A DNA stretch of 64,000 nucleotides from Klebsormidium nitens. Lineage: Eukaryota > Plantae > Klebsormidiophyceae. The notes beneath the pieces are model-generated. The model searched no databases, was not told where the DNA came from, and saw only the letters and a program-made list of their open reading frames with translations. The DNA lies in the NCBI GenBank assembly GCA_000708835.1, contig DF237411.1:1-64000 (forward strand). Direction: 5' to 3'. Positions 36,417 to 58,000 of this stretch are shown one piece after another (the first letter of the stretch is position 1; every line of letters starts with the position of its first letter). A program made the position numbers and the translations under genes.

Positions 36417-37885
36417 TCAGATAGCTAATTCTGTCTCGATAGAACGCTCCAGCAAGACCGATGCCTTGTCTAACAGCCCACTCTCTGTCCGAGATGCCAT
36501 GACCCGCTGCAAAGTGGTATTCAAATCTGCTTCCCGCAGTGCGGCGATTGCCTCCGGGCCTTCACAGATTTTGACAAGCGAATCGAGCACCTGTTCGAGG
36601 GTCACATCATCCACCGACTCGTTGCGAACTATCCTTGCAAGCGAAGCAACTCCCCCCAGCTCCACGACCTTGCGCCTCCGCTTCTCCGTAGTGGCGATCA
36701 TGGCGACTCGAGACGCACCGCTCCGCTGAAGGAAGGGGTCCTGCGAAACAACTTCGAAACTTATGGCAGAGACATAGTAGCGGAGCAGGTAAGTGGTGGT
36801 TAAGGAGTGGTTTCAGGAGGGATATGAATACGTGCAAGGTCGAGGTAGATGTTTCTTGCATGATCTACATGGGCAGTAATGGCACCCAAATCTCTGACAG
36901 ATAACTTTCAAAATTCAGAAACTCCGACGAAGCCAGTTCGGGCTTCTGCTGACAAGTTCGCATAAACCCAGATGCTGTGGTTAGAATGAATAAGCAGGAC
37001 TTTTGGTCCAGAAGTCCGGTTGACTCTGGGACTCTTGGCAACCATCTGACCCAGTCCAATCACAACGAGTAACAAAGAAAAGACCAGAATCTGGAAGCGA
37101 AGTACGATTGTCGATCCCATTAGCAAGGTGAACCTAAGCTACTCCTCACACAGGGTGACGCCAAAGCAGCTTGCTGCAAGTAGCCTCACCTTGCTCCGAG
37201 TCAGCGCCACCGCATGGGTTACCATACTCTCGCCCATGAGCGGGTAGATGTTCCACCCAATGTACCCCAGCACCATTATTGCCAAAACTCGCACCACTTT
37301 ACTCCCCTTTCTCTCTTCTTCACTCCCGCTAAATTGTGGCTGAGACGCCTCCCCACCGGGCCCCCCCGCCTCATGCACAGAGGTTGTTGCTCTTGCACCC
37401 CCAGATGAGAACTCTGGACTAGCGGCTGACGAGGCTAATGTCGCAGGCGCCGCTTGCGAGCGAGCTCTGGAAAGGTTCTCGGCTAACTTTGAGGAGATCG
37501 ATTGGTTAACAACCTGGTTTGGCGGTTTCCCACTTGGAAGACCCGAAGCAAGCGCGGCTTTTTGGGGTTTGGGAGTTTTGGAGGTAGTCCTAGCAGAGGT
37601 TTTGACAGAGCGGAAAAGAAAGACGGAGGAAGAGATGCTTGGAAAAGGTATGGGAGCGGGATGGGGCTGGCTGATGCTAGCTGATGCATTCTGCCCTGCG
37701 GAAGGCAGCCCCAAAACTGGCTTGGTCGCAATCTGATCCCCAAGACATGTGCTATGCTTTGTCAAAGCCACCTCCACTGTTGTAAATCTTTGGGTTAGTA
37801 TTGCGAATGCTTCACGCACGATGCTAGGAGCCGTTGCTTGCCGTGTAAAAGGTAGAAGCTTTGCTAACACGCTAGGAAGGGCCAT
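36417..37885 (-). CDS. ARM-repeat-like membrane protein, probably mitochondria-targeted, 2 exons
   Basis: Exon 37885-37190 (Ser/Ala/Arg-rich N-terminus, hydrophobic VLAIMVLGYIGWNIYPLMGE) spliced in phase 0 to 36740-36417 (DPFLQRSGASRVAM...RRRKVVELGGVASL...). Resembles a conserved plant ARM-superfamily protein (recalled, not searched). Confidence 0.75.
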
Positions 37886-37978
37886 CTCTGCTCTTGTATT
37901 CCTGCTATTCCTCGGATTCTAAGAGAAGCTCAATCGATCGATCGCTGTTGCGTAAATGGCGGTATATGAAAGCCTGCT

Positions 37979-38991
37979 TCAGTCTGACTCCTCATCCACT
38001 TCAATTGGCTCCACTCCTTGCTCTGCCTTATGCTCCTCCACAGCCTTTTCAAAGGCGGCCTTCACGTGGTTGCACAGGACCGCAAGATCGCTCAGTGCGC
38101 TTTTGAAGACTGTTCTGGCAGATTCGCCTGAAACAGTGGAGCTGGCGTTAGCGTCCATATCAGTAACATCACGGCTGAGCTCAGGATACAAGACCCACTT
38201 CCTTTCAAACATTTTGAACCGCTTGGATAGAGCCCAGAAAAGAGATGACACCTCAGGGGAAGCAGATGACGACCTGCGAAATGGCAGTAGCACCACCTTT
38301 TTGAGAATCGGAGACCTGACAATATTTGAAAACCGTATATCCATAGAGAATCAGGCTACAGATCAAGCGCACAAGCTGCAAAAACTTTTGACAAGCGTGA
38401 TGAAAGCAAAGCACTGACCAGTAGTCTGCACACGGACGTTCACCCTTTGCTCTGAAGGATGGGGGACGCTGTAGCCACAAAATGCCACACGAGGGCTGCA
38501 AATAAAAGGACAGGCAGTTAGCATGTGTCACACGAAAAGTGGCACCACCCATAAGAACAAGCAGGACTTTAAATACAGGCAAAAAGTAAGTATGGGTGTC
38601 AGCAACTTAACGATGATAAAGGTCTCACGAAGCACAAAACCTTCTTTGAAAAAGAGAAAGGCTTCAGAACCGGCAGAAGCTCGCTGCGTTTGCATATGTT
38701 TCGATTCAAATCAATGACTAACATGCTTTGATAATAAGCTCCACAGCATGGTCACCAAGCCTGCTAGCAATGAGGCAAAGTGGCGATTCGAAGCACAGAG
38801 GACGAAAGGGCGATGCCGGCAGCTTGTCCAGAAAGAGAGTCGACAAGTCACTTCGGAGGCGCTCACTCCTTGTTCAGGATGTACCGCAGAGCATTGCCAA
38901 GTGTGTGATCCTCGTCCTTGAGCGAGAAGGTGATGGCAGTGTTGTCCGCTTCGCTTCCAACCTCGGTCAGGCCGGCGCCGGCGGCAGCCAT
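37979..38991 (-). CDS. RPAC2: RNA polymerase I/III shared subunit RPAC2 (AC19/POLR1D, Rpb11 family), 3 exons, 116 aa
   Basis: Exons 38991-38867 (TFSLKDEDHTLGNALRYILNKD), 38495-38419 (PRVAFCGYSVPHPSEQRVNVRVQTTG), 38127-37979 (ESARTVFKSALSDLAVLCNHVKAAFEKAV). The EDHTLGN and CGYSxPHP motifs are diagnostic. Confidence 0.92.
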
Positions 38992-40008
38992 GACGGTTTT
39001 TCCCTCAGCGGGCAACTTGCCAAATGCGCTGTGGTACCTGATGCCAATATTCCTAAAGCCTAAAGGTCAAAACGAGGCCATGCCAGCTCCAGCGCCAAGT
39101 TCGCGTAGTTACTGTTTTACTAGTGTACCGAAGGTAGAAAATTGGAAGAGAAGCCTGCTTCAAACTGGCAGTCAGAACCAATCCCAGTCTTGCAAGTTGC
39201 AGCTGGAGGTCCACGTGATACACGTGGGGCCTGGGCTGGTCGGGACAGTACACACGGACCCTGCCCCCGGGCCCACTGGGACACTAGCACAGTGACCGGT
39301 TGAAATCGATCGGGACGCCGTCCCTGGGCCAGATCGATCTTCGTCTATGGCGTCGCTTCCACAATTAAGCGTTTATAGAATGCATGATGCCCTGCGCGAC
39401 AAGCACCCAGCATGACGCACTTCGTAGTGCAGTAGAGGCAGACTTGAGAGAGGTTTGTGAAGGAGGCCGCCCTATTCTTCTCCTGTCCCGCTCAGGCGGT
39501 GCATGTGGCAATAGTAAGTCCTTACACTAGTGAATGACATGGGTTGGAGCAAGATTAACGCCACGATCCTGGTGTTAGATCATCATAGTTCCTGGGTGCT
39601 GCAAACACCTCCAGGCGAAGAGGGCTAATCGAATGATGTACGTTCAGATTGAGAGTCAACTAATGTTGAGAACGATTCGAAGCAGCATACGTCAATCGAG
39701 CTGGCAACAATCAGTCCCTAAATTAGCAGGTTAGCAAACAAGGAAGCATCTTTTCCATGACGAGATCACGAAACACGTTCCAAATATGCTGATCAAGCAT
39801 CCCCAGGACTGTTGGGTCCCGTACACATGTCACGTCGCAAAGTGTCGATGTTTCAATCAGGAAACCATGCGATGATTTCCGGTCTGCCTCCGGATTTCAC
39901 TGTGCAGCAAAACTTGAAAGGCGAAGAAGTGGTGGGGACGAGGACAACGGACTTCGCACGCTTGATTTACGTGCGTTCACGGAATTTCCAACCCGCTGGG
40001 CACTGCGC

Positions 40009-41439
40009 CTAAAGAACCGGTAGATTGCTCAGACTTGCATGGAGAGGGCCCCAGCTTTTCAATGTCGCCTGGAGAGATTGCAAACAACTTTTTTCTAGGC
40101 GCCTTAAAGTGTGCAATCGGCCATCGGTGCAATTGAGAATTACCAAGGGCCGTACCATCGACAACCGCTGCGTATCTGCATCCCAAAGCACCCCCACCGC
40201 CTCCCAAAAAGGCACCAGAACCTCTTCAACTTTGTGCGCAAAGTCTGGTATTGGTTCTGGGCCCGTTATTTGCTTGAGCCTGACGACGTGGGCCTTGGCA
40301 CCGAAGCGGCAAAGGGGTGCACAATCATTTGGTGTTAACATTGTGCAACGGACCGGCACAAAAAATGAGCAGACCGCTGATGCAGATTCGATGCACTTTG
40401 AGTACGCACATTTGTGGGGTTGAATGGGCACCAGACTTGACCGCACCAAGTCGATACTGATCCATGCATCAACGGTCCTCATAAGTAACTCGATCCTGTT
40501 GCAATATATTCAAAGCAGCAATTTCGTGCTGGTTCTGCACCACTGATCACCTCGTCGTTGCAAACTGAGTTGTTTCTCTCCTTCAAAAAGCACCGCTGCC
40601 CACGAGACAATGTTAAAAGCTTCCGACCAAAGCAGGCTGATAAACACACCAAAATTTGCACGCAGGTTTTGTAAACCCTTTCGAGATGAATCTGGTAACT
40701 GGATTGTGGAGGAGTCACCAAACCACCAGAATAATCTCTGCAAGATCCATTTTTATGCCGACCTTGATCTGCGTGGGCTGCTCAAACCAGCCTCATCGAT
40801 GGTGAGTTTGGGCTGAGCAAAAAAAGGTACACAGAAGTCGGTGACACACATCATCACAGCTGCCCCGAGTCTTTTTTTCAAGGTAAGATGTTGAAAGCCG
40901 CGGAGCACACTGTATGATTTCTGCTTGTCTGCTTTTGGGGCCAAACTCGCGATTACAACCATTCTGCATGATACTGAACGGTGAAAGTTAGCTTCGAAGG
41001 CCTTCCCGCTCAAATGTGGACAAAAAGCTTGCTGTGAAGCTTCGCCAAACCAGCTGACGATGTCAAAGCTGCCCAAATTAGTGATTCAACAAATTTCAAA
41101 ATATTCAAGAATAAGTGGCACGAGGAATGGCAACTTCGAAACCAGTCGACTTGGAACACCTATTCTTTCATTGGAGTGGCCCATATGCATCTCGCAGGCA
41201 CGAGATTCTCGTCCTCGAAATGCGATAAAAAGGGAGAGTCCGATGTAGTAGCTGCCATTGCAAGGCAGAACTGTACTTCGCGCTTGCAAGGTGACATAAG
41301 AGCTGTATCGAAGCCACTGATACGATAGAAGAGTCTTCGGCTCTGTCGAAGCCACAGAGCCTGAAGCCTTTCTCACATTGAACCCAAGCGCCCAGCTCAC
41401 ATTGAGACAGTCTTTTGAATGTGGGTAGCGGGCACTCAT
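40009..41439 (-). pseudogene. Decayed intronless reading frame of about 475 codons with three in-frame stops; family unidentified
   Basis: ORF-track pieces 41439-41086, 41076-40753, 40743-40510 and 40482-40009 are all in the same frame, each separated by a single stop (TGA, TAA, TGA). Confidence 0.35.
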
Positions 41440-41835
41440 CCACCCGCTTCAATGACTGAATCTCGTGCTCGATGGATGCGAGTACTCCCCGAACCATCGA
41501 CCACAAGTGGTTGATGACACCTACGATCCATGTTGGCGACAAGCACATTGGGACGCTCTGGGTCACTCGAACAGATTGGAAGCTCCTTCCGACCTGAGTC
41601 TATCCCGCACTCATGTTGCCACTTCATAGGAAAGTCAGGGCTGCATTTTGAAGCAGGCTACCAGTGCACCGGAGCAGAGGGTTGCGACGTTCGCAGCCGC
41701 TTGGACGCTAGAAGCTCGCTCCCCACCGTTCAAAGCTCGATCGACGGCGGATCTTAATGGCACCTGACCCACAAAATCCAAGATCCGGACTCGCGGTGTT
41801 TACATACTCGAGCATCCACCCGTCGTGCATGAAAT

Positions 41836-42110
41836 GGGGCTGTAGCTCAATTGGCAGAGCGCTGGAGCAAGTCTTGGGGAAGGATCGCGCTTTGACCCGC
41901 GTGTGTAGATCGGCCGTGAGCCGCGTGTGATGATTGGCCTTTGAGCCATGTGTGATTAGGGGATTATTGGCCTTGAGCCATGTGTGGTTAGGGGGGATTA
42001 TCGGCCTTTGAGCCGCGTTTGGTGATCGGCCTTTGAGCCGCGTAGGTCTAGGTTCAGGCTTTGACCCGCTTGCTTAACCGGAGATGCGGGTTCGAAGCCC
42101 GCCAGCCCCA
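41836..42110 (+). tRNA. tRNA-like gene or pseudogene with a 205-nt insert in the anticodon arm; isotype unclear
   Basis: Acceptor stem GGGGCTG(41836-42)/CAGCCCC(42103-09), 7/7 paired, discriminator A. D arm GCTC-AATTGGCA-GAGC (A-box). T arm GCGGG-TTCGAAG-CCCGC (B-box). Anticodon stem CTGG/CCGG. AGCAAG(41866-71) pairs with CTTGCT(42069-74) beside a 3-nt TAA bulge. Anticodon loop bases are non-canonical (no U33). Confidence 0.7.
41883..42069 (+). repeat. About 7 degenerate tandem units (consensus GATCGGCCTTTGAGCCGCGTGTG), each a small hairpin with a CTTTGA-type loop
   Basis: Cores: gcgctttgacccgc, cggccgtgagccg, tggcctttgagcca, tggccttgagcca, cggcctttgagccg (x2), aggctttgacccgc. Confidence 0.85.
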
Positions 42111-42116
42111 CACAGC

Positions 42117-42121
42117 TTTTT
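42117..42121 (+). terminator. Pol III oligo(T) terminator
   Basis: TTTTT starting 7 nt after the discriminator base of the tRNA-like gene. Confidence 0.55.
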
Positions 42122-43369
42122 GGAACCGTAAGAAAAGATGCATGTGCCCAAGCAAGGTGCTTGTTGAACGGTCGACGCTTGACAAAGAAAATGAAACACA
42201 TGCATGCCCGGGTGAAGCGCCCAGGTCCTGAAGGGGGCAAAGCCGCAGGGGGAAGATCGATTGGCTTCTCCTATCCCTGGCAGTTCATTCATGTCAGGCT
42301 GACTATATCGGTTTGTGTACTTGGTCATGTCCATGGGACGTCTAGAAATTTGGACTAAGCTTGTCAGCTCCACGGTCGCGCAGGCCTGTGAAACATGATC
42401 CAATGCTCCGATGCACCGATCGATTGGCAGCGGGCCTGCACTTCTTCATAACATCCTTCGAAACATGCATGACCACCTCAGCCGCCCATGAAAACCTTTT
42501 TGCGACAGATTGACTTGCCATTTTGACCATTGGCCGTCGATATCCTGCATGTGCCCCGCGTCGGAGTGGCGGACATTATCGTTTCTGGCCAATCGAATCC
42601 AGCATGTGGCACTGATCGTATGAATTGTGATTGCCAGTGGCATGGCAGACATATAATCTGCATTGCGACTGTGCTTCATGTGTTATATCAAAGTACTCAG
42701 CATATAATATCAGTGCGCATGCATGCAATTCCACTGCGGGGCCCTGCATCGTACGAAATTGGTTACCGTAAACAATGATATCCGACATGATCACCCGTGT
42801 TAGTATGTTAATTCTACAACCAATCATTAGGACTCGACGATCAGCAGCCTTCCATTTCAATTCACGCAGGCTAGATTTGAGTGACCTGCTTGCGGCATAC
42901 ATCATGCAGTGCATGGTCGAATACATATGGCCTCGAACTGGGTACGCGAACATGCAGATCCGCAACTCGATCGAATTGGCGCCACCCGCCTCGGATCTAT
43001 GTGCTGGCACATGATGGTCATGCATCATCATGCATGCGCATTGACAAGCAACCGTCCGTTTGCCAAGTCTTCAGTGGGGACTCGAAGCGGCTGAGCTCAA
43101 CTGCATTGAAGCGCGGCCATGATGCGCCTATTACTATGTACATGCTGGGAGTTAACTTGGGTTCATCTCGTCATACTTCCACGGAAATGTTGGTCAACTG
43201 GGAGCGCTCAGCATCCGCCATGAACGCACTAGATGTGGCCGCCACGAGTGGATGTGAAGATTCACCGCTTGCGAAATTGTTCCATTGCGGACAGATCAAC
43301 AAGGTAGCATGCACTGCCTGGTTGGGGGCGGTCTCGACTCTCTTATTGCGGCATCTATACAAGCCAACC

Positions 43370-53523
<10,154 letters not shown>

Positions 53524-54624
53524 GATTGACCTTATCAGACTCCTGGAGGGGCATGCAATATATTAGAGAAATCCTCATACAAGATGTTCAACACTGACTT
53601 TACACAACATAGCATAGGAACAGATTACACCACTTCAAGGAGCGGATCCTCGAAGGGCTTCTGGCTTCGCAGGCCCCAGATGTGCACTAAAAGTCTTTAA
53701 AGGTGACATGTTCAAACAGATTGTGGAAAGGTTGGTGCTGGCATGATAGGAGACCGGCGATGCGGCTAATTTGAACTTTCTAGAATGGTCTGGCGATGGC
53801 AAAAGGAAGGCAGACAGAGATGCTGAGAGCCATTGCCAGAAGCGTACAAAGCTGGTTGGGACAGCCCCGTAAAGCGAGCCGTGATAACAGTTTTGTCAAA
53901 CACAAATTATCGTACCGGAGAGTACCACCAACGTGATAAACGACGCGACATCAAAAAAAGTTTCTGAGATTGTCACTGTCCGCTCATGCAGATCTTCATT
54001 TACTCCATTCGGCCCACAGAAGCACGTAAAAATGTACAAGAAAGATAAGAACGACCAACAGTCTATCCCTTCAATTATCTCGCGGACGCTGAAGTTGAAA
54101 AGTGGGACTGCATGGATTCATGCAACAAGCAGAAAAGTAGCTCGCAGAACCTTATTATGGATCTCTGAAACCCAGGCACCTGACTAAGGAGATCCACCCC
54201 AACCAACTGATGCCAAGGTGCTCGCTAAGGAAACGAGGTCTCACCAGAATAACCTCCCTCTTGCAGTGACAAACTGCAAGAAGTTAGCCCATACAAAGTT
54301 TGTGCTTGGAATGCAAGTTTTCCACAGACAACCTCCTCTTGGTGAGGCGATCGCAGTGGCCAGCTCTGTACTCTGAGCACTAAGCGCCTGTCACTAATGC
54401 GCTCAAAGTGTATACTCCAAATCCACCTGTGGAAAGCATACGAGTAATGGGTCTCTTGTTGTTACATACGACTTTTTGTCAACACTGATGCAGAAGCCCT
54501 GAAAACGAATGCTTTTGATGGAACTTAAAGCAGGTCAGCTCTTTCTGGCAATTCTGCGCTTCTCTTGCCGCTTGTTCCGAGCAGTTCTGGACGCCTCTGG
54601 ACCCATCCCCTGGGAACACCTGGG

Positions 54625-54801
54625 AAACCCTAATTTAGGGTTCCGCTCTAGAGCTCGTCTTTTATAATATTGGGTTTTGACACTCGTTCTCAAGTGCATG
54701 CCTTTCGAACGGCCTCTAAGACCGAGACAGTATTATCTAGTGTTAAGACGCTGATGCGCAAAAGTGGATAAGAACAATTTGAGCTGTCCCCCAAACCCTA
54801 A
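54625..54801. promoter_or_regulatory. Telo-box motifs (AAACCCTAA), including an inverted pair, in the divergent USP/ICMT-like intergenic region
   Basis: AACCCTAA-T-TTAGGGTT perfect inverted repeat at 54626-54642, plus AAACCCTAA at 54793-54801. Telo-boxes are established plant promoter elements. Confidence 0.45.
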
Positions 54802-55075
54802 TTTTGCGCAGCAACTCGAACTGGCTTTCAACCTTCCTGCTTTGTTCTGCGGCCAAGAATCCTTGCGCCCGTTTTGGACAGCTTTTGAGCGAACGTAATA
54901 CTGATAGAATGCAAGCATCCTTCTGAAATCTGTTCAGACGCAGCACAAGAAAGCAATTCAGCTGGACGGGCAGCGTGTGCAGCTGCTTGAGCCAGGTGCA
55001 GCCCATTGTCAGACATTGACCTCCGCATCAAATGTAGTGGTGGTGCAATCCAGGTCGGTGGCAATTGGACGCAGT

Positions 55076-58000
55076 ATGGCGCCCTCAGCCGCTCACTCTG
55101 CTTGCGCAAAGCTGACCAGTAATGCAGCTCCGGGGCTTCAACTGGGCAGCAACAGATGCCAGGAGAGCTCTGTGTTAAGTACCTTCTCTTGTCCCAGGGC
55201 TTCTTTCGCGTCAAGTTGCAGATATCTTCCATCTTATGCTGGCAATTCGTCTCAAATGGGGTCTGCATGCGTGCCGTTGAATGCTGTTACGAGAGTCAGC
55301 GGTCCGCCAGCAAACGCACAGCATTTGCATCGGGACAGTAACTCGCAAGCTTCAAGTGGGCGGCGCCAGCTTTTGATTGCTGGCAAAAGTCCTGTTGGTC
55401 ATAAGCATCGGTGGCGTCAGCAAGGGTGTCCAGAACAACAGGGAAGAGGGAAGTTGGTAATGGTGCGAGCGGCTGCTGATAATGGTCCTCCCGAGGGTGG
55501 CGCCTCCGAGTTGCCGGGGCCGGGAAAAGACGATCAGATTGTGAATGAGGTTGTGGGCCAAGCGAGGGATGCACTGAGGGGAGCCCTAGAATCCGCCACG
55601 AATCAGGCACTGGAGCGAGGTGCCGGGAGCGGGGACAATCCTGAGAGTAGAGAGGAAGCACTAGAAGCGGCGATCGATGCAAATGCAGAGGGGGCGCTGG
55701 GGAGGGGGGCCGCCAGCCGCGAAGTGAGCGGGCGAGAGGAAGGTGACAGGTGGCAGGAAGAGGAGGGCGCCACTTCTTCCAGCCGCGCAAAGGGGGGAGA
55801 AGAGCAACGGCAGGATAGCCAGAGGCGCTTCGAAACAGAAATGCGGCGGGACGTCGAGCAGAACACGGAGGCCCGGGGGTTTGTGGTGGACGAAAAGCTT
55901 CGAGACCCGAACAGAGTGCCGGCATTTGCGCCAGAACAGCTCGGGGGAGGCGCGTATATGACCGTCCAGGAGCGAGGGGGAGAATCTGGCGGATCAGAAA
56001 AGCAGGAGGGGCGGAAGCTGCCGAAAAGCGGGTTTGTGGTGGATGATTTGGGGGACGGCGGGGGGGTGGAAGTGATTGGAGGAGGGGTGTCGGCGGGGCC
56101 AGATATTCTGACGCAGCGGTTGCGACGGAGTAGAAAGCGCCTTTTGATGAAGATGTTTCAGGGGCTTGAAGTGGGAGTGAAGACGGCAGTCACGGATCCA
56201 ATGGTGAGTAGCGGTCCCAATTCCGATTCAAAGGTACCAATTCAGATTCTTTGGTGGTCCTTCTTTGCAGCGACGAGTGCTGATGCAGAAATTACTCACG
56301 TTGTTCAAAATTACGAAGAGGCATTTAATTCAGCAAAACCAGGTATAAGTGCTGTGATAAAAGAGGGCGCCGTGAATTGTGGTGCACAAGGGAATGCCGA
56401 ATTGTCACACCATCCGAGTCGGTGGCATATTGAATGCGCATTTGGAGCCCTTCGAAAAGGTTATCAAATGTTTGACAGAGTGCCTGCTCTAGCGGTGTCT
56501 TTAGGCCTGCTTGCCCTTGCTTTCGGCAGAGTGGAACTTCATTTTGAACAATCAAAGCAACGCACCCACCTGCAATTCGTCCGATTGCTTTGCCTCTTTT
56601 TCCCCAGCTCCTTGCCTCTACCAATCAGCTGGGACATGCATTGCTTGTTCTTTTTGCTTTGAATGTTGGCGCCTTCATGAAGAACCAACTTTTCGCATCA
56701 TCCCCTTAAGCCTTTGTCAAGACCCCAGAGCTAGTGGCGGGAGTGTGACTTCACATGCACTCTTCTGCATGGAAGCGCAAAACTTTCGAGTCAATAACTA
56801 TCAAAGCTGCTGTCACAGAGTCCAAGAAACAGGTCCAATCAGAGGTCGCCAAACCAGAGAAGCCCTCCCGTCTCCTGACCCCTCTGTCCATCTTCCTCTA
56901 TGTATCTCACCAAGTAAGTCGCAAGCTAGGCGCGTGCTTTTCGACGCCCTGACATCCCTATGCTGTTTCTTGGCCTCCCCTCACATATCCTTCTTTTCTT
57001 TCAGGGCGCCATCGCCCTCCTCTGGTTCTTTCTCACCCACCAAATCGAGCGCATCCTCGACTGGACAAACACTGGCGTTTGGTACTCCCGCCTCCTGAAG
57101 CTCGCCGGCGCCGCCTTCACTCTCCTCCCCCCCATTCTCCTCCTCGTTTCCTACCCCCTGGAATGGTTCCTCGTCACCCTCAACAACATCCTCACGGGGG
57201 ACCCCCTAGCCAGTATCGGCTTTGGGCTGCAAGTGGCCCTGATCTACTACCCTATAACCTTCTCCGTTTTGGCCGCGATCGCCGGGCTCGAGGGCACGCG
57301 CCAGCTGGCGGTGTCCCGCGTGACGAACGACATCAGCCGCCCGTTCACACCGCAATTAATGCAGCTCGTGGGCATGGCGTGGTTCCTAATCATGGTGCCC
57401 GGCCTGCTTTTGTATAAGACGGCGATCGGCTGGGTGGGCTTCATGACGGCGTTCTATGTGTCGTTCTTCGTCAAGAGCGCCATCGCGCGATTCGTCGGGT
57501 ACACGGTGCAGCGGACGGAGGGGGATCCCCAGTGGGCGCAGTCGCCGGCGAACCCGCGGGAAATCGACCCTGAGGTGAGGCATCTTCTTTGTTTTTCCAT
57601 CTCGCAAAACCTTTTAAAAGCACTTTTCAGACTTCTTCAAAAGGATTGTAGTCTTCTTTTGACGCAAGTCCTCACCTAAGAGGCGCTTCTAATTTAAAAC
57701 CTTCACAACATTGGATTTATCGAGACATGCTTACCGAACGTGCTCAAGCTTTTTCGGGCTTTTCTTGTAAGCACGTGCTCACCTGAGAGTCTCGTTCCAA
57801 AAGTCATTATCATTTTTCCGAAACTTTTCGGAGGGCTTTCGTGACCCCGAGAGGTCGTTCCAGACGATGTCATTCGCCGTCACATCTTGTAAGCGACATC
57901 TGGGCCCAAAGCCGCTCCAGGTCGTCGAGTCTCCGGATGTGTAGTTGAGGGTTTTGAAAGGCCTAAGCAGCTGGCCCCAAGCATCATAAAACTCATTTCA

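Noticed and set aside
41925-41934. Box C-like GTGATGA suggesting a C/D snoRNA inside the tRNA insert
   Set aside because: There is no box D (CTGA) downstream within the insert.
41883-42069. Repeat array considered as a CRISPR array
   Set aside because: The repeats are degenerate, the spacers are only 0-12 nt and non-unique, no cas genes are present, and the context is eukaryotic.
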